Both the position numbers and the translations under genes were made by a program. Below are positions 8,120-17,427 of a DNA stretch of 64,000 nucleotides, one piece after another (position 1 is the first letter of the stretch; every line of letters begins with the position of its first letter). The notes below the pieces were generated by a model. That model was not told the DNA's origin and did not search any database. It saw nothing but the letters and a program-made list of their open reading frames with translations. The stretch is from positions 1-64,000 of IMG/VR virus record IMGVR_UViG_3300044701_003953. One strand, written 5' to 3'.

Positions 8120-8358
8120 TCCTCATCGTAATCGTAATCTTCTTCGTCCTCTTCGTCCTCTTCATCGTCAAACCCGCCACCATATTCTTTCATAGCACGT
8201 TCTAGATAAGAGTCGTACCCGGCGAACTCTTTCAAATCGCCATCGCTCAAGAAATCGACCAGGACGCTGACGATATTGTCAGCGGCCGCTTGGCGTTCCT
8301 TAGAAGGAACATATTCCTTCATGATACCATACAGTTCGGTGAGTGCGTCAATGCTCAT
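8116..8358 (-). CDS. Hypothetical protein with acidic C-terminal tail
   Basis: Coupled to uvsX by a 1-nt overlap. Confidence 0.7.
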   Translation of the reverse strand: MSIDALTELYGIMKEYVPSKERQAAADNIVSVLVDFLSDGDLKEFAGYDSYLERAMKEYGGGFDDEEDEEDEEDYDYDED

Positions 8359-9434
8359 TATGCTTCCTCAAGTTCTCCAGCCGGGATGTCTTCTGCTTTA
8401 GACTCTCCGCGGTGTGGGTTAGCGACGAAATCAGTCATGACTCGGTCAAGGATGCCTTCTTCGTTGCGTTCCCAGGCTTTACGGAATTCTTTGACTTCTT
8501 CGCCGGCTGCTGTGACATATTTAAGCCTGTTACCATCTTTTTGTAACAAACCTTTGCCTTCGAAGAGATCGACTAGTCCTGAGTAAGGGTTCATACCAGT
8601 CTCATAAGGGATCTTGACTTGGACTGACTCGAAAGGCTTGGCATAGCGTGTCTTCATGATCTTACAACCAGCACGGATACCTTTGACTTCGGAGATCTTG
8701 TTGCCGTCTTCGTCCTCTTTGAGCTTCATCTTCTTCATAGCGACTACGATAGAAGAAGCATAGATAAAGCCCTGTCCGCCCGAGATCTTGTCATCGGGGT
8801 CGAACATGTCTTGGCTGGCGTAGGTGTGGTTAGTTGCCACTAGCCCGATGTTGAGACTGCCAAACATGTTCACGCAGTTACGGACTAGAGCTGTCAGTGA
8901 TTTGGCTTTACGACCCAAGTCACCTTTCATGTCGCCGGCTTCGAACTGGTTCACATCAGTGGGAGTCAGCATCATGCCCAAAGAGTCAAGCACGAACATG
9001 ACTTTGGGACGCTGGTCTTCGGGTAGCGTCTTGTATTCTTTGACGAACTCAGAAACCATCTTGGCCACATCGTCGATCATGGCCATGTTGAGTTTGAGTA
9101 GTTTGTCTTCGGAAGTATCTACACCCAAGGCATGTAGCCAGGCTTCGTCAAGTGCGTTCTCTGTGTCGATCAGGATCACATAGATGCCTTGCTGTTGTGC
9201 GTGTCGAACCAGGTTACCGGAACAGATAAACGATTTACCTGCGCCAGACTCGCCAGCGAACACGGTGACTTTACCTAGCGGGACTCCTTTGTGGAAGTCG
9301 CCGGAGATGAGATAGTTCAGAGCATAGTTGCCGGTGCTGATCCAGTCTGTGGGGTCATTGAAGCCCACGGAGATACCGTCGATGCTCTTAGTGATTGATT
9401 TACGGAATTTACTTACGTCGAATGGTTTGCCCAT
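8358..9434 (-). CDS. uvsX: RecA-like recombinase UvsX
   Basis: Walker A GESGAGKS, LIDTENALD, VLDSLG, ISGGQGFIYASS. Confidence 0.92.
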   Translation of the reverse strand: MGKPFDVSKFRKSITKSIDGISVGFNDPTDWISTGNYALNYLISGDFHKGVPLGKVTVFAGESGAGKSFICSGNLVRHAQQQGIYVILIDTENALDEAWLHALGVDTSEDKLLKLNMAMIDDVAKMVSEFVKEYKTLPEDQRPKVMFVLDSLGMMLTPTDVNQFEAGDMKGDLGRKAKSLTALVRNCVNMFGSLNIGLVATNHTYASQDMFDPDDKISGGQGFIYASSIVVAMKKMKLKEDEDGNKISEVKGIRAGCKIMKTRYAKPFESVQVKIPYETGMNPYSGLVDLFEGKGLLQKDGNRLKYVTAAGEEVKEFRKAWERNEEGILDRVMTDFVANPHRGESKAEDIPAGELEEA

Positions 9435-9456
9435 AATTGATCCTCATTAGTAGAAA

Positions 9457-9478
9457 CGGGTGGGACGGATCCCACCCG
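9457..9478 (-). terminator. GC-rich hairpin between gp32 and uvsX (weak U tract)
   Basis: cgggtggga-cgga-tcccacccg, 9-bp stem. Confidence 0.5.
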
Positions 9479-9489
9479 GTGTGCTCATA

Positions 9490-10476
9490 TTACTTCTGGC
9501 GATTACGGATCATCGCGAGGATGTCTTCGGCTTTCTGGCTAGAAGGTTTAGCGGCTGCCACGGGAGCGGCTGCTACAGGAGCGTCTTCTTCGTCGACTTC
9601 AAACGGAGCGGACTGTACTGGAGCAGGAGCGGCCTTAGCCACTGGAGCATCTTCGGATGCCGCGGCAGGAGCAGAACCACCACCAGTGAAACCAGCGGGC
9701 TTGTAGTAAGCACCCCACTTGTCGGGATCATATGCTTGACCATCCACAGATGCTTCGAACATCTCTTTCATGACTTTCAGCTCAGTGTCGTTGGGACGCT
9801 TGGGCAAGAAGTCCTGGAGGTCGTAGAGACCATATTGCTCGATGGCCGCACGTTCTACTTCAGTCAGCGCAGACTCTTTACGAGCATACTTGGAAGTAGA
9901 GTAGTCAGCATAACCACCTTTGGAAGTCTTGGTGATCAAGAAGTCCAGACCACGCTCGATGTCAGTTGGCAGTTCTTCCATCTCAGGGTCCATAAGGGCC
10001 GCCTTGACGATGTTGAAGATCTGGGGGCTGATCACGAAACGACGGATTGGATTCTCAGGGACTTTGTCGTCGCCTAGTGTGCTTTCGCGGACGAAGCCTT
10101 GGAAGAGATAAGATTTCTTCTTCCAATATTTGCGACCCATTTCTTCGAGGCTAGGGTCTTTGAACCATGTGCGTACTTCGGCCAAGATCGGACATGCGTT
10201 GGGTTCCCACATCTCGATACAAGGGACCTGGACTACCACTGGTTTAGAATCGGCTTGACCTTTGATGCCAGCGAATGGCAAGCGGATCATCGCACGTTCT
10301 ACCCAGAAGAACGAGTTCTTGGTATTAGCGTCGGGAAGGAAACGGATTCGGGAAGTTGAGCCTTCTGGGATGTTCCAGTGGGCGAAGATGGCGTTATCAC
10401 CACCAGTTGAGTTGCCGCCTTGACGGCTTTCTTGAGCTTGAAGTTTTGCACGGATTTCGGCCAATGTAGTTGCCAT
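9490..10476 (-). CDS. gp32: Single-stranded DNA-binding protein (T4 gp32-like)
   Basis: IRFLP, YWKKKSYLFQG, KGGYADYSTSK, acidic/Ala-rich tail; next to uvsX. Confidence 0.85.
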   Translation of the reverse strand: MATTLAEIRAKLQAQESRQGGNSTGGDNAIFAHWNIPEGSTSRIRFLPDANTKNSFFWVERAMIRLPFAGIKGQADSKPVVVQVPCIEMWEPNACPILAEVRTWFKDPSLEEMGRKYWKKKSYLFQGFVRESTLGDDKVPENPIRRFVISPQIFNIVKAALMDPEMEELPTDIERGLDFLITKTSKGGYADYSTSKYARKESALTEVERAAIEQYGLYDLQDFLPKRPNDTELKVMKEMFEASVDGQAYDPDKWGAYYKPAGFTGGGSAPAAASEDAPVAKAAPAPVQSAPFEVDEEDAPVAAAPVAAAKPSSQKAEDILAMIRNRQK

Positions 10477-10538
10477 GATGTTTTCTCCTTAAAAAGTGTG
10501 CCATAATAAATGTGTGAGATTGTCTCGAGCACATACAG

Positions 10539-10568
10539 AGTATATGCTCAAGTATTTAGCAAAGTCAA
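10539..10568 (-). promoter_or_regulatory. Dual promoter: TTGACT-18-TATACT with embedded TAAATA
   Basis: Minus-strand TTGACT 10568-10563, TAAATA 10558-10553, TATACT 10544-10539. Confidence 0.65.
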
Positions 10569-10581
10569 GAGAAATGTGATA

Positions 10582-11976
10582 TTATTTTTGGAGCCCAGAT
10601 AACCATTTTAGCATAGCCAGATCTGGATCTACGCTTTCAGTTGGTTGCGCAGGAACTGGTTGCTGTTCTGGTTGCTCAGGAGGTTCGAGTGCCGGAGTCA
10701 CTTGCTGTGCCACTTCGGGCATGTTCTGCTCGAGCCAATTTTGGACTACGGGGCGGGCGTCAGTTTCGGGATCCTCTTCGGCCATGGATTCTAGTTCATC
10801 AAACAAGTCATCATCCCCGATGATGTCGTAGAGTGCGCTGGTAGCGTCTGCGGCATCGGCGCCCAACAACAAGGGCTTGGTCATAAGTTCTTTGAGCTTG
10901 TTGATCTTTTCGGCATCGTCGGGTTGTGCCCAGGTGCCTTCGACCATGTCATCGGCCCAGGATTCGAACTCGCGTCCCATGGGTGTGTTTTGGCTGTCGA
11001 GGTATTGGCTGTAGGCACGGCGCACATAGGGCAAGGCTTCTTCCAGTCGCTCGTCAAATACACGGCGGGTGAGTCGATCTTTGATCTCGTCTTCGCCGAT
11101 GCCGCCAGCGTCACCGCTGCTGTCAACGCCTGAGCCGGCCCAGTAGAATCCATAGCCGCGGGGACCACGCATGCTCTTGAGACCTTTACGGACGTTCTGA
11201 TAACGGCGCTTGGCTGCTTCGATCATGACAGGTGTTATATCATCTTCGAATACTTGGTTGCGTGTGGCCGAAACGAATGTGCGTAGCGCGGCCATTTCTT
11301 TTACCAAGTCAATGATATGACCAGCACGCTCGTCCAGCATGTTGCCACCCTGGGCGATGTGCTGACCGATGGCTCTGGCACCTGTGAGGTTAGTGAAAGG
11401 CAATTTGAAACGTTCGCCTTCGGCGGTCTCTACATAGATGCTTTCGATGTTGCGTGTGCGGCAGCCGCGTTTTTCTTCATCCACTGGAGTGCTATGGCGC
11501 ACGATGATACGGGTCTCGCCCATACGGTCATAACTGATACGGCGGGTTCCATACATACGGCTTTCTCCAATGGTGACTTCGTCTGATGTGTAAGCAGAGT
11601 CACTCTTGCTCTGCTGTTTGATATCTCTGATATCCAATGATTTTTTAGTGATGTCGCGTGTGTCAAAATCCATCATGTTGCGCTTGGCGAACATTCGGAT
11701 GCCGCGCAGGAAGTCGAACCAGCCTTGCGTGTCCTCCTCGGGCATGCCGTCGGTGATGTTTTTGCTGTAATAGACTTTGATAGAGTTTTCGTCGATGAGG
11801 CTGATTGTGATATTGCCAAGATTTTCGCCACTCTGTGTAGAGTATTGGAAATTGATGAATCTCGCGTTTTCGGGATCCTGGGTGGCTTTGGCATTTTCGT
11901 CGCCAATGGTCACACCTTCAAACCTCGAGCGGATCTTTTCAAACAGGGCCTCGGCAATTTTATCTAATTCACGCAT
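10582..11976 (-). CDS. Hypothetical head-region protein (464 aa)
   Basis: Long ORF after terminase; TAAATA-N7-ATG; C-terminal LSGL motif. Confidence 0.75.
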   Translation of the reverse strand: MRELDKIAEALFEKIRSRFEGVTIGDENAKATQDPENARFINFQYSTQSGENLGNITISLIDENSIKVYYSKNITDGMPEEDTQGWFDFLRGIRMFAKRNMMDFDTRDITKKSLDIRDIKQQSKSDSAYTSDEVTIGESRMYGTRRISYDRMGETRIIVRHSTPVDEEKRGCRTRNIESIYVETAEGERFKLPFTNLTGARAIGQHIAQGGNMLDERAGHIIDLVKEMAALRTFVSATRNQVFEDDITPVMIEAAKRRYQNVRKGLKSMRGPRGYGFYWAGSGVDSSGDAGGIGEDEIKDRLTRRVFDERLEEALPYVRRAYSQYLDSQNTPMGREFESWADDMVEGTWAQPDDAEKINKLKELMTKPLLLGADAADATSALYDIIGDDDLFDELESMAEEDPETDARPVVQNWLEQNMPEVAQQVTPALEPPEQPEQQPVPAQPTESVDPDLAMLKWLSGLQK

Positions 11977-11989
11977 AGTAGTGTATTTA

Positions 11990-13558
11990 TCAACTCATCA
12001 TTATAAAGGGCATGGGCTCGATGTAGTCATCTAGGCTATCGCGCATTTTTTCATCTAAGTTAGCATCAAATCCCTGTAGCAGTTGTATCATGCGTAGGGC
12101 TAATACTAAGGCCATAACCAAGTCATCGGTTTCCCCGGGCTTGGCCGCAAAGCTCATACCGTGTGCTACAAATCCTTTGAGCTCAGTAATCAAGTTCTTG
12201 CTAGTGAGTGTGATACGTTTGTTTTCTATCAGAGTTTTGAGTTTAGCGCAAGCAGTAAGTTTGGGCTTGTGAGTGGTGTTGAATCCTTTGCGGAAGCGTC
12301 GCACATTTCCGCTTCGCCCGGGCTCGCTAAGGAAAGTGCCTCGTATGTTTTCCTCGCCTACTTCGGCGATGCTGACCAGTCCTGCCTCGCCTAAAGTATT
12401 GTTTTCCAGGCTGTAGTAGATGTCGTTTTCGCTGCCGGTGATACTATAAATGTAGTCGGCAATCTCTCGTAGTATAGCGATCTGTCGCTGGATCACTGTC
12501 TTGTTGTGTTTCCATTCAGCTACCTGTATCATGGACGGGATTTCTACTACTTGGATAGCGGCGTTGTCGCCTCCGGTGCCTAGGCTGGGATCCAGTGCTA
12601 TCACATATTGCTGGCCAGGCTCGGGTCGTTTATACCAGCGCACCTGTCCTTGTTTCTCCAGTGGATCACGCCCTTCCAGTTCCATGAGATGTATAGCCGA
12701 GATCAATGTCTCGTCGTAGATCACCGGTTCGCATTCGTGCTCTCGTTTGAAACGCTCTTCACCAATACTGGAACGCTCTTGGTTGGCCCATACTTCGTCG
12801 CGATCGGGATGACGGTTCCATTTAGCCATGTAGCCTTTGAAACCGTTCTCGCCCAACTCGCGCTGGTTACCGTATTCGTCCTCAGTCCTGTTAGCGGCAC
12901 GCCATAACATCCAGAACTGATCCTCGTCGGAGTTGGGGGTAGAAGTGATTATCGCTTTACCACCAGTAGCCAGCGTCGGTGATATAGAAGTCCAGAACTC
13001 TTTGGCGATAGAGTTTCGCACGAACGCGAACTCGTCAGCGTACAGGAGCGTGATGGACATACCCCGGCCTGTTGTTTCTGTGGTAGTGGCAGAAACTATG
13101 CGGCTACCATTTTCAAAGTCTATGCTGCCTTTGTTATAACTTACCACACCCGCACGGATGAAGTCAGGACACAACTCATAGGCATATCTGATACGTTGCA
13201 TGATCTCCTGGGCACCAGTGTATTTGTGCGCGGCGATCAGGATAGTAGAGTCGGGACGGAACATGGCATACCATAACAGATATCCTGCGGCTGTGGTGGT
13301 CTTACCCATCTGTCGTCCCAGCAGGTTGATACTGAATCGATGATTGTGATAGACGTCGATCAGTTCGTCTTGATAGTCAAAAGGCTGATACAGCATGCGG
13401 CCTTTGACAGGATGCTGTATGTAGAAATAGTTACCCAGGAAGTATTTAGGGCCCGTGGCGGGATCGGCACACCGAGCGAACTCGACGATCTGTTCATTGG
13501 TATATTTTTCTTTGCGGTGTGCGGGTTTGACCAGCACGCCTTCGAGACTCTTGGACAT
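11990..13558 (-). CDS. gp17: Terminase large subunit (gp17)
   Basis: GRQMGKTT Walker A, LLYADEFAF Walker B, ITSTPN, ALDPSLG nuclease motif, DDLVMA. Confidence 0.95.
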   Translation of the reverse strand: MSKSLEGVLVKPAHRKEKYTNEQIVEFARCADPATGPKYFLGNYFYIQHPVKGRMLYQPFDYQDELIDVYHNHRFSINLLGRQMGKTTTAAGYLLWYAMFRPDSTILIAAHKYTGAQEIMQRIRYAYELCPDFIRAGVVSYNKGSIDFENGSRIVSATTTETTGRGMSITLLYADEFAFVRNSIAKEFWTSISPTLATGGKAIITSTPNSDEDQFWMLWRAANRTEDEYGNQRELGENGFKGYMAKWNRHPDRDEVWANQERSSIGEERFKREHECEPVIYDETLISAIHLMELEGRDPLEKQGQVRWYKRPEPGQQYVIALDPSLGTGGDNAAIQVVEIPSMIQVAEWKHNKTVIQRQIAILREIADYIYSITGSENDIYYSLENNTLGEAGLVSIAEVGEENIRGTFLSEPGRSGNVRRFRKGFNTTHKPKLTACAKLKTLIENKRITLTSKNLITELKGFVAHGMSFAAKPGETDDLVMALVLALRMIQLLQGFDANLDEKMRDSLDDYIEPMPFIMMS

Positions 13559-13573
13559 GCTAGTATTTAAGGA

Positions 13574-13792
13574 TTATTTCTTGCCGAAGGGATTTTCGCC
13601 CGTGAGTTTGGGGCGAGCGAACCAAAGTTTAAACCAGTCATCGGTGCCGGGCTGTATCTTGTGCTTTTTCATGTGCGCAACTTTTTCGGCCGCGGTATGT
13701 GTGATGTTCCCACTGACAGAATGGTCAACGGTGTCTTTAGGATAGACACCGCGACCAACTCCTGCTAGATGTTTAAGTTCTTCTAAAGTCAT
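13574..13792 (-). CDS. Hypothetical protein (72 aa)
   Basis: Operon-coupled; N-terminal LKHLAGV motif. Confidence 0.7.
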   Translation of the reverse strand: MTLEELKHLAGVGRGVYPKDTVDHSVSGNITHTAAEKVAHMKKHKIQPGTDDWFKLWFARPKLTGENPFGKK

Positions 13793-13796
13793 GCAA

Positions 13797-15167
13797 TTAC
13801 TTGCTCAACTTGATGCTTTGGTATTCTTTCATGAGGTCACGACCTAGTTTGGCGACAGGATCATTGTCTTCAAACTGTGTGGTACGCATGGGGTTGTCGC
13901 CTTGCCAGTTAGGGTTAGCACCTTTGCTCTTATGTAGGTCATCGCCAGAAGTCACGACAGCGTCAACACCAGCTGTTTCTTCATCGGGAGTGTTTGCGTA
14001 TTCGATATCACGCTCTTCCTCGACTTCAGTTTCGTGCTCGGGGTGAGCAGCGACGATCGCGACTTGTGGCTCTTTGGCAGGAGCATCGCCCATGAGTCCG
14101 CTGAGCTTCAGCATCTGTGCTAGTTCTACGGCTGAATCACCTTGTGCTGTGATAGTGATGCTCTTGTTGCCATCGGCAGAGTTGTAGTTTGTGCTGACGT
14201 TGATCTCAGGTTTACCGGAGTCGCCAGTCGCACTCATTGGGCTCATCGAGCCACAGCTCTCACGCAAGCCAGCTAATTTAGCTAGTTCATCTAACTCCAT
14301 GGCAGATGGTTGTGCGGAGTCAGGAACGACTACTGTAGTAGTTGTTTCTTCGAGATTGAGTTCAGCGACTAATTTTTCTGTGACCCACTCGTAAGGATCA
14401 CCGCTACGAGCTTTGGCTGTGCCGTAAGGCATCTCGCCCGAACTCAGGTAGTAGTCATAGAGAGCATCATAGAGGTTGTCCTCGAGATCGCCACCTTGCT
14501 CGAAGGTTTTGACTTCAGCTGGGAAACGATCCAGGATGTGTTGTAATGTGTTGCCGTCTTCGTCGATGAGGCGTGCTTCGCTCATGTTCAGCAAGCGGCT
14601 CTTGAGGCTAGGACCTTTGGCACCCATCTTACGACCTGTGCCCTTTGGACGACCGCGGCCACGCTTCTCGCCAGTATCAGCAGGTTTGGCTTTACGACCT
14701 GGTTTGAGGTTGCCCCATTCGTCGTAAGCATCATCATCTTCTTCTTCACGGTCGCCACGGTAACCATATTTCTTATGGATGTTGCGATCGCTTTCAGCGT
14801 CGTGTTGCATCTTGACACCGCCCTTGGCGATGGCTTTCAGCAGGTTGGGGTCAAGACCCTCGACTTTGTATTTCTTACCATCTACTTCAAATTCTTCTTC
14901 GCCGGCAGCTTTGGCTTTGGCCAGTGCGCCCGAGAACTCGTTGCCTTCTTCCATCTCTTCGCACTGGCAGGGCTCGCTGTCGCATACCGGGCAGACTTCG
15001 CCTTCGGCCACGGTTTCTTTGAACTCGCGCAATTGAGCTTCGAGTCTAGCGGCGATGCCTTCCTTGATGCTACCTTTGGCCTCTACGGGCTCGTGGGTTT
15101 CTTTTACTTCTTCTTGTTTAGGTTCTAGGCTGTTCAGCGTAGAGAGGATGGAGTAGATGCTTGTCAC
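13797..15167 (-). CDS. Acidic hypothetical head-region protein with AT-hook-like motif
   Basis: KRGRGRPKG; two LAGL/LSGL motifs. Confidence 0.7.
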   Translation of the reverse strand: MTSIYSILSTLNSLEPKQEEVKETHEPVEAKGSIKEGIAARLEAQLREFKETVAEGEVCPVCDSEPCQCEEMEEGNEFSGALAKAKAAGEEEFEVDGKKYKVEGLDPNLLKAIAKGGVKMQHDAESDRNIHKKYGYRGDREEEDDDAYDEWGNLKPGRKAKPADTGEKRGRGRPKGTGRKMGAKGPSLKSRLLNMSEARLIDEDGNTLQHILDRFPAEVKTFEQGGDLEDNLYDALYDYYLSSGEMPYGTAKARSGDPYEWVTEKLVAELNLEETTTTVVVPDSAQPSAMELDELAKLAGLRESCGSMSPMSATGDSGKPEINVSTNYNSADGNKSITITAQGDSAVELAQMLKLSGLMGDAPAKEPQVAIVAAHPEHETEVEEERDIEYANTPDEETAGVDAVVTSGDDLHKSKGANPNWQGDNPMRTTQFEDNDPVAKLGRDLMKEYQSIKLSK

Positions 15168-15178
15168 TTTAGTGTTCC

Positions 15179-15760
15179 TTATCTTGCGGCGCTCTTGGGT
15201 TCAGGCTTGGCTACTTTGGTAGAGCCAACTGGACTCTCCGTGCCTTGGGGGATTTCGTTTGTGGTCTTACCGTCGGCTTTCTCCTTGCCGTCGATATCGT
15301 ATTTTCTTGTTTCTAATTCTTTGAAGAATGAAGTTAGGCGTTTCTCACCTACCAACTCTTGACCGGACTCCGAACTCATTTCTTCTTGCTCCAGGACAGC
15401 TTCTTTGCTTTCTTCAGAAACATTGAGTTCTTCTTGCTCCATCTGCGATTTCGTATAAACGCAAACATTCTCGCCAGCGATCTGAGCACGTTGGATGATC
15501 AATTGACGGATCTGCTCAGTGATAGTTGGGTAGCGCACAGCCACATCAAATTGGTAGACTTCTACTGGACCTGCTCTAGAAAAGTCTCTGTGTTCTTGGA
15601 TGGGCAGGCGTTTGACCTTGCCGATGGTTTCGACTTCGTATGTGTTGAGAGCGTTCTTGATGCGCTCCATCACTTCGCCTTTAGGGTCGATCCCTGCGAG
15701 TTTGACGCGAAACTCAAACAGTTTACCTGCTTCAAAAAAGTATGCTTGGAAATTTTTCAT
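15179..15760 (-). CDS. Hypothetical protein (193 aa)
   Basis: TAAATA at 15780-15785 upstream; N-terminus MKNFQAYFFE. Confidence 0.7.
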   Translation of the reverse strand: MKNFQAYFFEAGKLFEFRVKLAGIDPKGEVMERIKNALNTYEVETIGKVKRLPIQEHRDFSRAGPVEVYQFDVAVRYPTITEQIRQLIIQRAQIAGENVCVYTKSQMEQEELNVSEESKEAVLEQEEMSSESGQELVGEKRLTSFFKELETRKYDIDGKEKADGKTTNEIPQGTESPVGSTKVAKPEPKSAAR

Positions 15761-15782
15761 GTCCGTATCCTATTATCTATAT

Positions 15783-16277
15783 TTATTCAGATCTGCCTTT
15801 TTCTTGCTTGGCAGAATCCAGGATTTGTTTCAATAACTCGGAACGGTCTAGGACTACCCCGTGTCCTTCGATGGCCCCATCCTCTGGGCTTTCTTTGCTC
15901 ATCTGGTGATCCAGACGAGCCTTGCTTAATTGTAGTTGTATCATCTTGAGCTTTTTGTCCATCTTAGCAGTCTTGGCGGTTATAGCATGTCCTAATAGCG
16001 TAGATGCTGTTTGTAATATCACGCCCGAGTAACGTGGCTCTACGTTCATGCCCAGATCCATGAGATCTTTGAACTTTTCTTCTGCCAGATCTGCTAAGTC
16101 GTCCATCTCTTTGTCAGCGGCTTCTAACTCGCGGACCATTGGAAGAGCGGCATCGATCTTATCGATAGCAGTATCTACTTCTCTGATGACGTCTTTCTGA
16201 TGAGTTATTTCGGTCGAAACAGACTCGGTCTCGTCCGACGGGGACAGATTTAGTAGTTCCTCTAATTTTTTAGTCAT
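15783..16277 (-). CDS. Helical hypothetical protein (possible terminase small subunit)
   Basis: Start trimmed to MTKKLEELL (TAAATA-N5-ATG). Small-terminase role is inferred from size and position only. Confidence 0.55.
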   Translation of the reverse strand: MTKKLEELLNLSPSDETESVSTEITHQKDVIREVDTAIDKIDAALPMVRELEAADKEMDDLADLAEEKFKDLMDLGMNVEPRYSGVILQTASTLLGHAITAKTAKMDKKLKMIQLQLSKARLDHQMSKESPEDGAIEGHGVVLDRSELLKQILDSAKQEKGRSE

Positions 16278-16313
16278 AAAACTATTTAACCCAACGCAAA
16301 AGGGCGCCCCCAA

Positions 16314-16341
16314 AAAGAAAGGACCTTGCGGTCCTTTCTTT
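16314..16341 (-). terminator. Rho-independent terminator after dctP
   Basis: aaagaaaggacc-ttgc-ggtcctttcttt, 12-bp stem with GCAA loop on the minus strand. Confidence 0.8.
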
Positions 16342-16359
16342 CTATAGTTTTTAAAACTA

Positions 16360-17307
16360 TTAGGCTTTACGGATGGCGTCAACCAAGCCAGCTGTGAAGT
16401 AGTCTTCGTACTTGACGTAAACTTCTTTTGTAGCTTCTTGGAATTTGGCTTTTTCTTCAGCTGTCAGTGTGACAACTTCGATACCGTCTTTGGCAGCACG
16501 CTCTTGTGTAGCGGCTACGTCAGCGATCGAAATCTCACGCTCGTGACGGGCAGCAACGATAGCGGCGTCAGCAACAACCTTCTGGAGGTCTTCGCTGAGG
16601 CTGTTCCAGAACTGCTCACCGACTAGGATCGATGTCAGGAACAAGCTGTGCTCTGTGTGGTTGATGACTTTAGAAACAGCGTTCTGGCCTAAAGCGTAAA
16701 CACGTGGGTATGTGGACTCGCCGATTGTTACATCAGCTTGTGCCAGACCTTCTGTCAGCTCTTCTAGTTCCATAGGAACTACGTTGGCGCCAACAGCTTT
16801 GAATGTGTCGATAGCAACGGGAGAGAACGATGTGCGGACTTTCATGCCACGTAGATCTTCGATCTGGCTAACTGCTTCGTTACCTGGGATGATACGGAAA
16901 CCACCCGAGTATGTGAAAGCAAGACCCTTGATCTTCTTCTCTGTGGAAAGGCTGTTTAACAGGCTCTTACCAACTTCACCTTCGAACACGCGGCTGGCGT
17001 GATCGTGGCTTTGGAACAGGAAGGGCAAGTCCAGGGCGAAGAAGTCTTTGTTGACTTTGCCCAGTGTGATTGTGTATGTCTGGCTCATTTCGATTGCACC
17101 GCTGTCCAGCAGGTCGACTAGGTCGTGCTTGCTAACAGCTTTGCCGCCGTTGTATTTCTCAGCATACTCAGAAAGTGTTAAAACTTCGATATCCAATGCG
17201 CCTGCGGCTTTTGCTTCTACTTCAGCAGCAAAAACTTTGGCAGCACGGATGAAAAGCTCGATAGGCTCGTGCGCTAGAACCCAACGGATTTTCTTTGCTT
17301 GTGTCAT
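16360..17307 (-). CDS. dctP: TRAP transporter substrate-binding protein DctP-like, lacking a signal peptide
   Basis: LDLPFLF, YSGGFR, DLRGMKVRT, ESTYPR, TEHSLF motifs of the DctP family. Confidence 0.85.
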   Translation of the reverse strand: MTQAKKIRWVLAHEPIELFIRAAKVFAAEVEAKAAGALDIEVLTLSEYAEKYNGGKAVSKHDLVDLLDSGAIEMSQTYTITLGKVNKDFFALDLPFLFQSHDHASRVFEGEVGKSLLNSLSTEKKIKGLAFTYSGGFRIIPGNEAVSQIEDLRGMKVRTSFSPVAIDTFKAVGANVVPMELEELTEGLAQADVTIGESTYPRVYALGQNAVSKVINHTEHSLFLTSILVGEQFWNSLSEDLQKVVADAAIVAARHEREISIADVAATQERAAKDGIEVVTLTAEEKAKFQEATKEVYVKYEDYFTAGLVDAIRKA

Positions 17308-17427
17308 TTAGGAGTCTCCTTAAACTAAGTTTATGTTTAGATATTTATCCGGATCGAGAAGGATATGGGCAGGATAGCGTGAAACGAGGCATTTTATCAC
17401 GGGATTTCCTATCCCGAACTTCACTTA

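Noticed and set aside
9437-10359. Plus-strand ORFs opposite gp32 (and similar ones opposite uvsX, gp23, gp20, amt)
   Set aside because: They lie antisense to well-conserved genes, with no promoter, SD or recognisable motifs.
11990-13558. Intein or intron in terminase, UvsX or capsid genes
   Set aside because: Lengths are normal and no C/S...HN intein ends or frame breaks were seen.
16278-16382. N-terminal extension of the 15783 ORF given in the ORF track
   Set aside because: It runs through the dctP terminator and overlaps dctP; the TAAATA-N5-ATG at 16277 is a better start.
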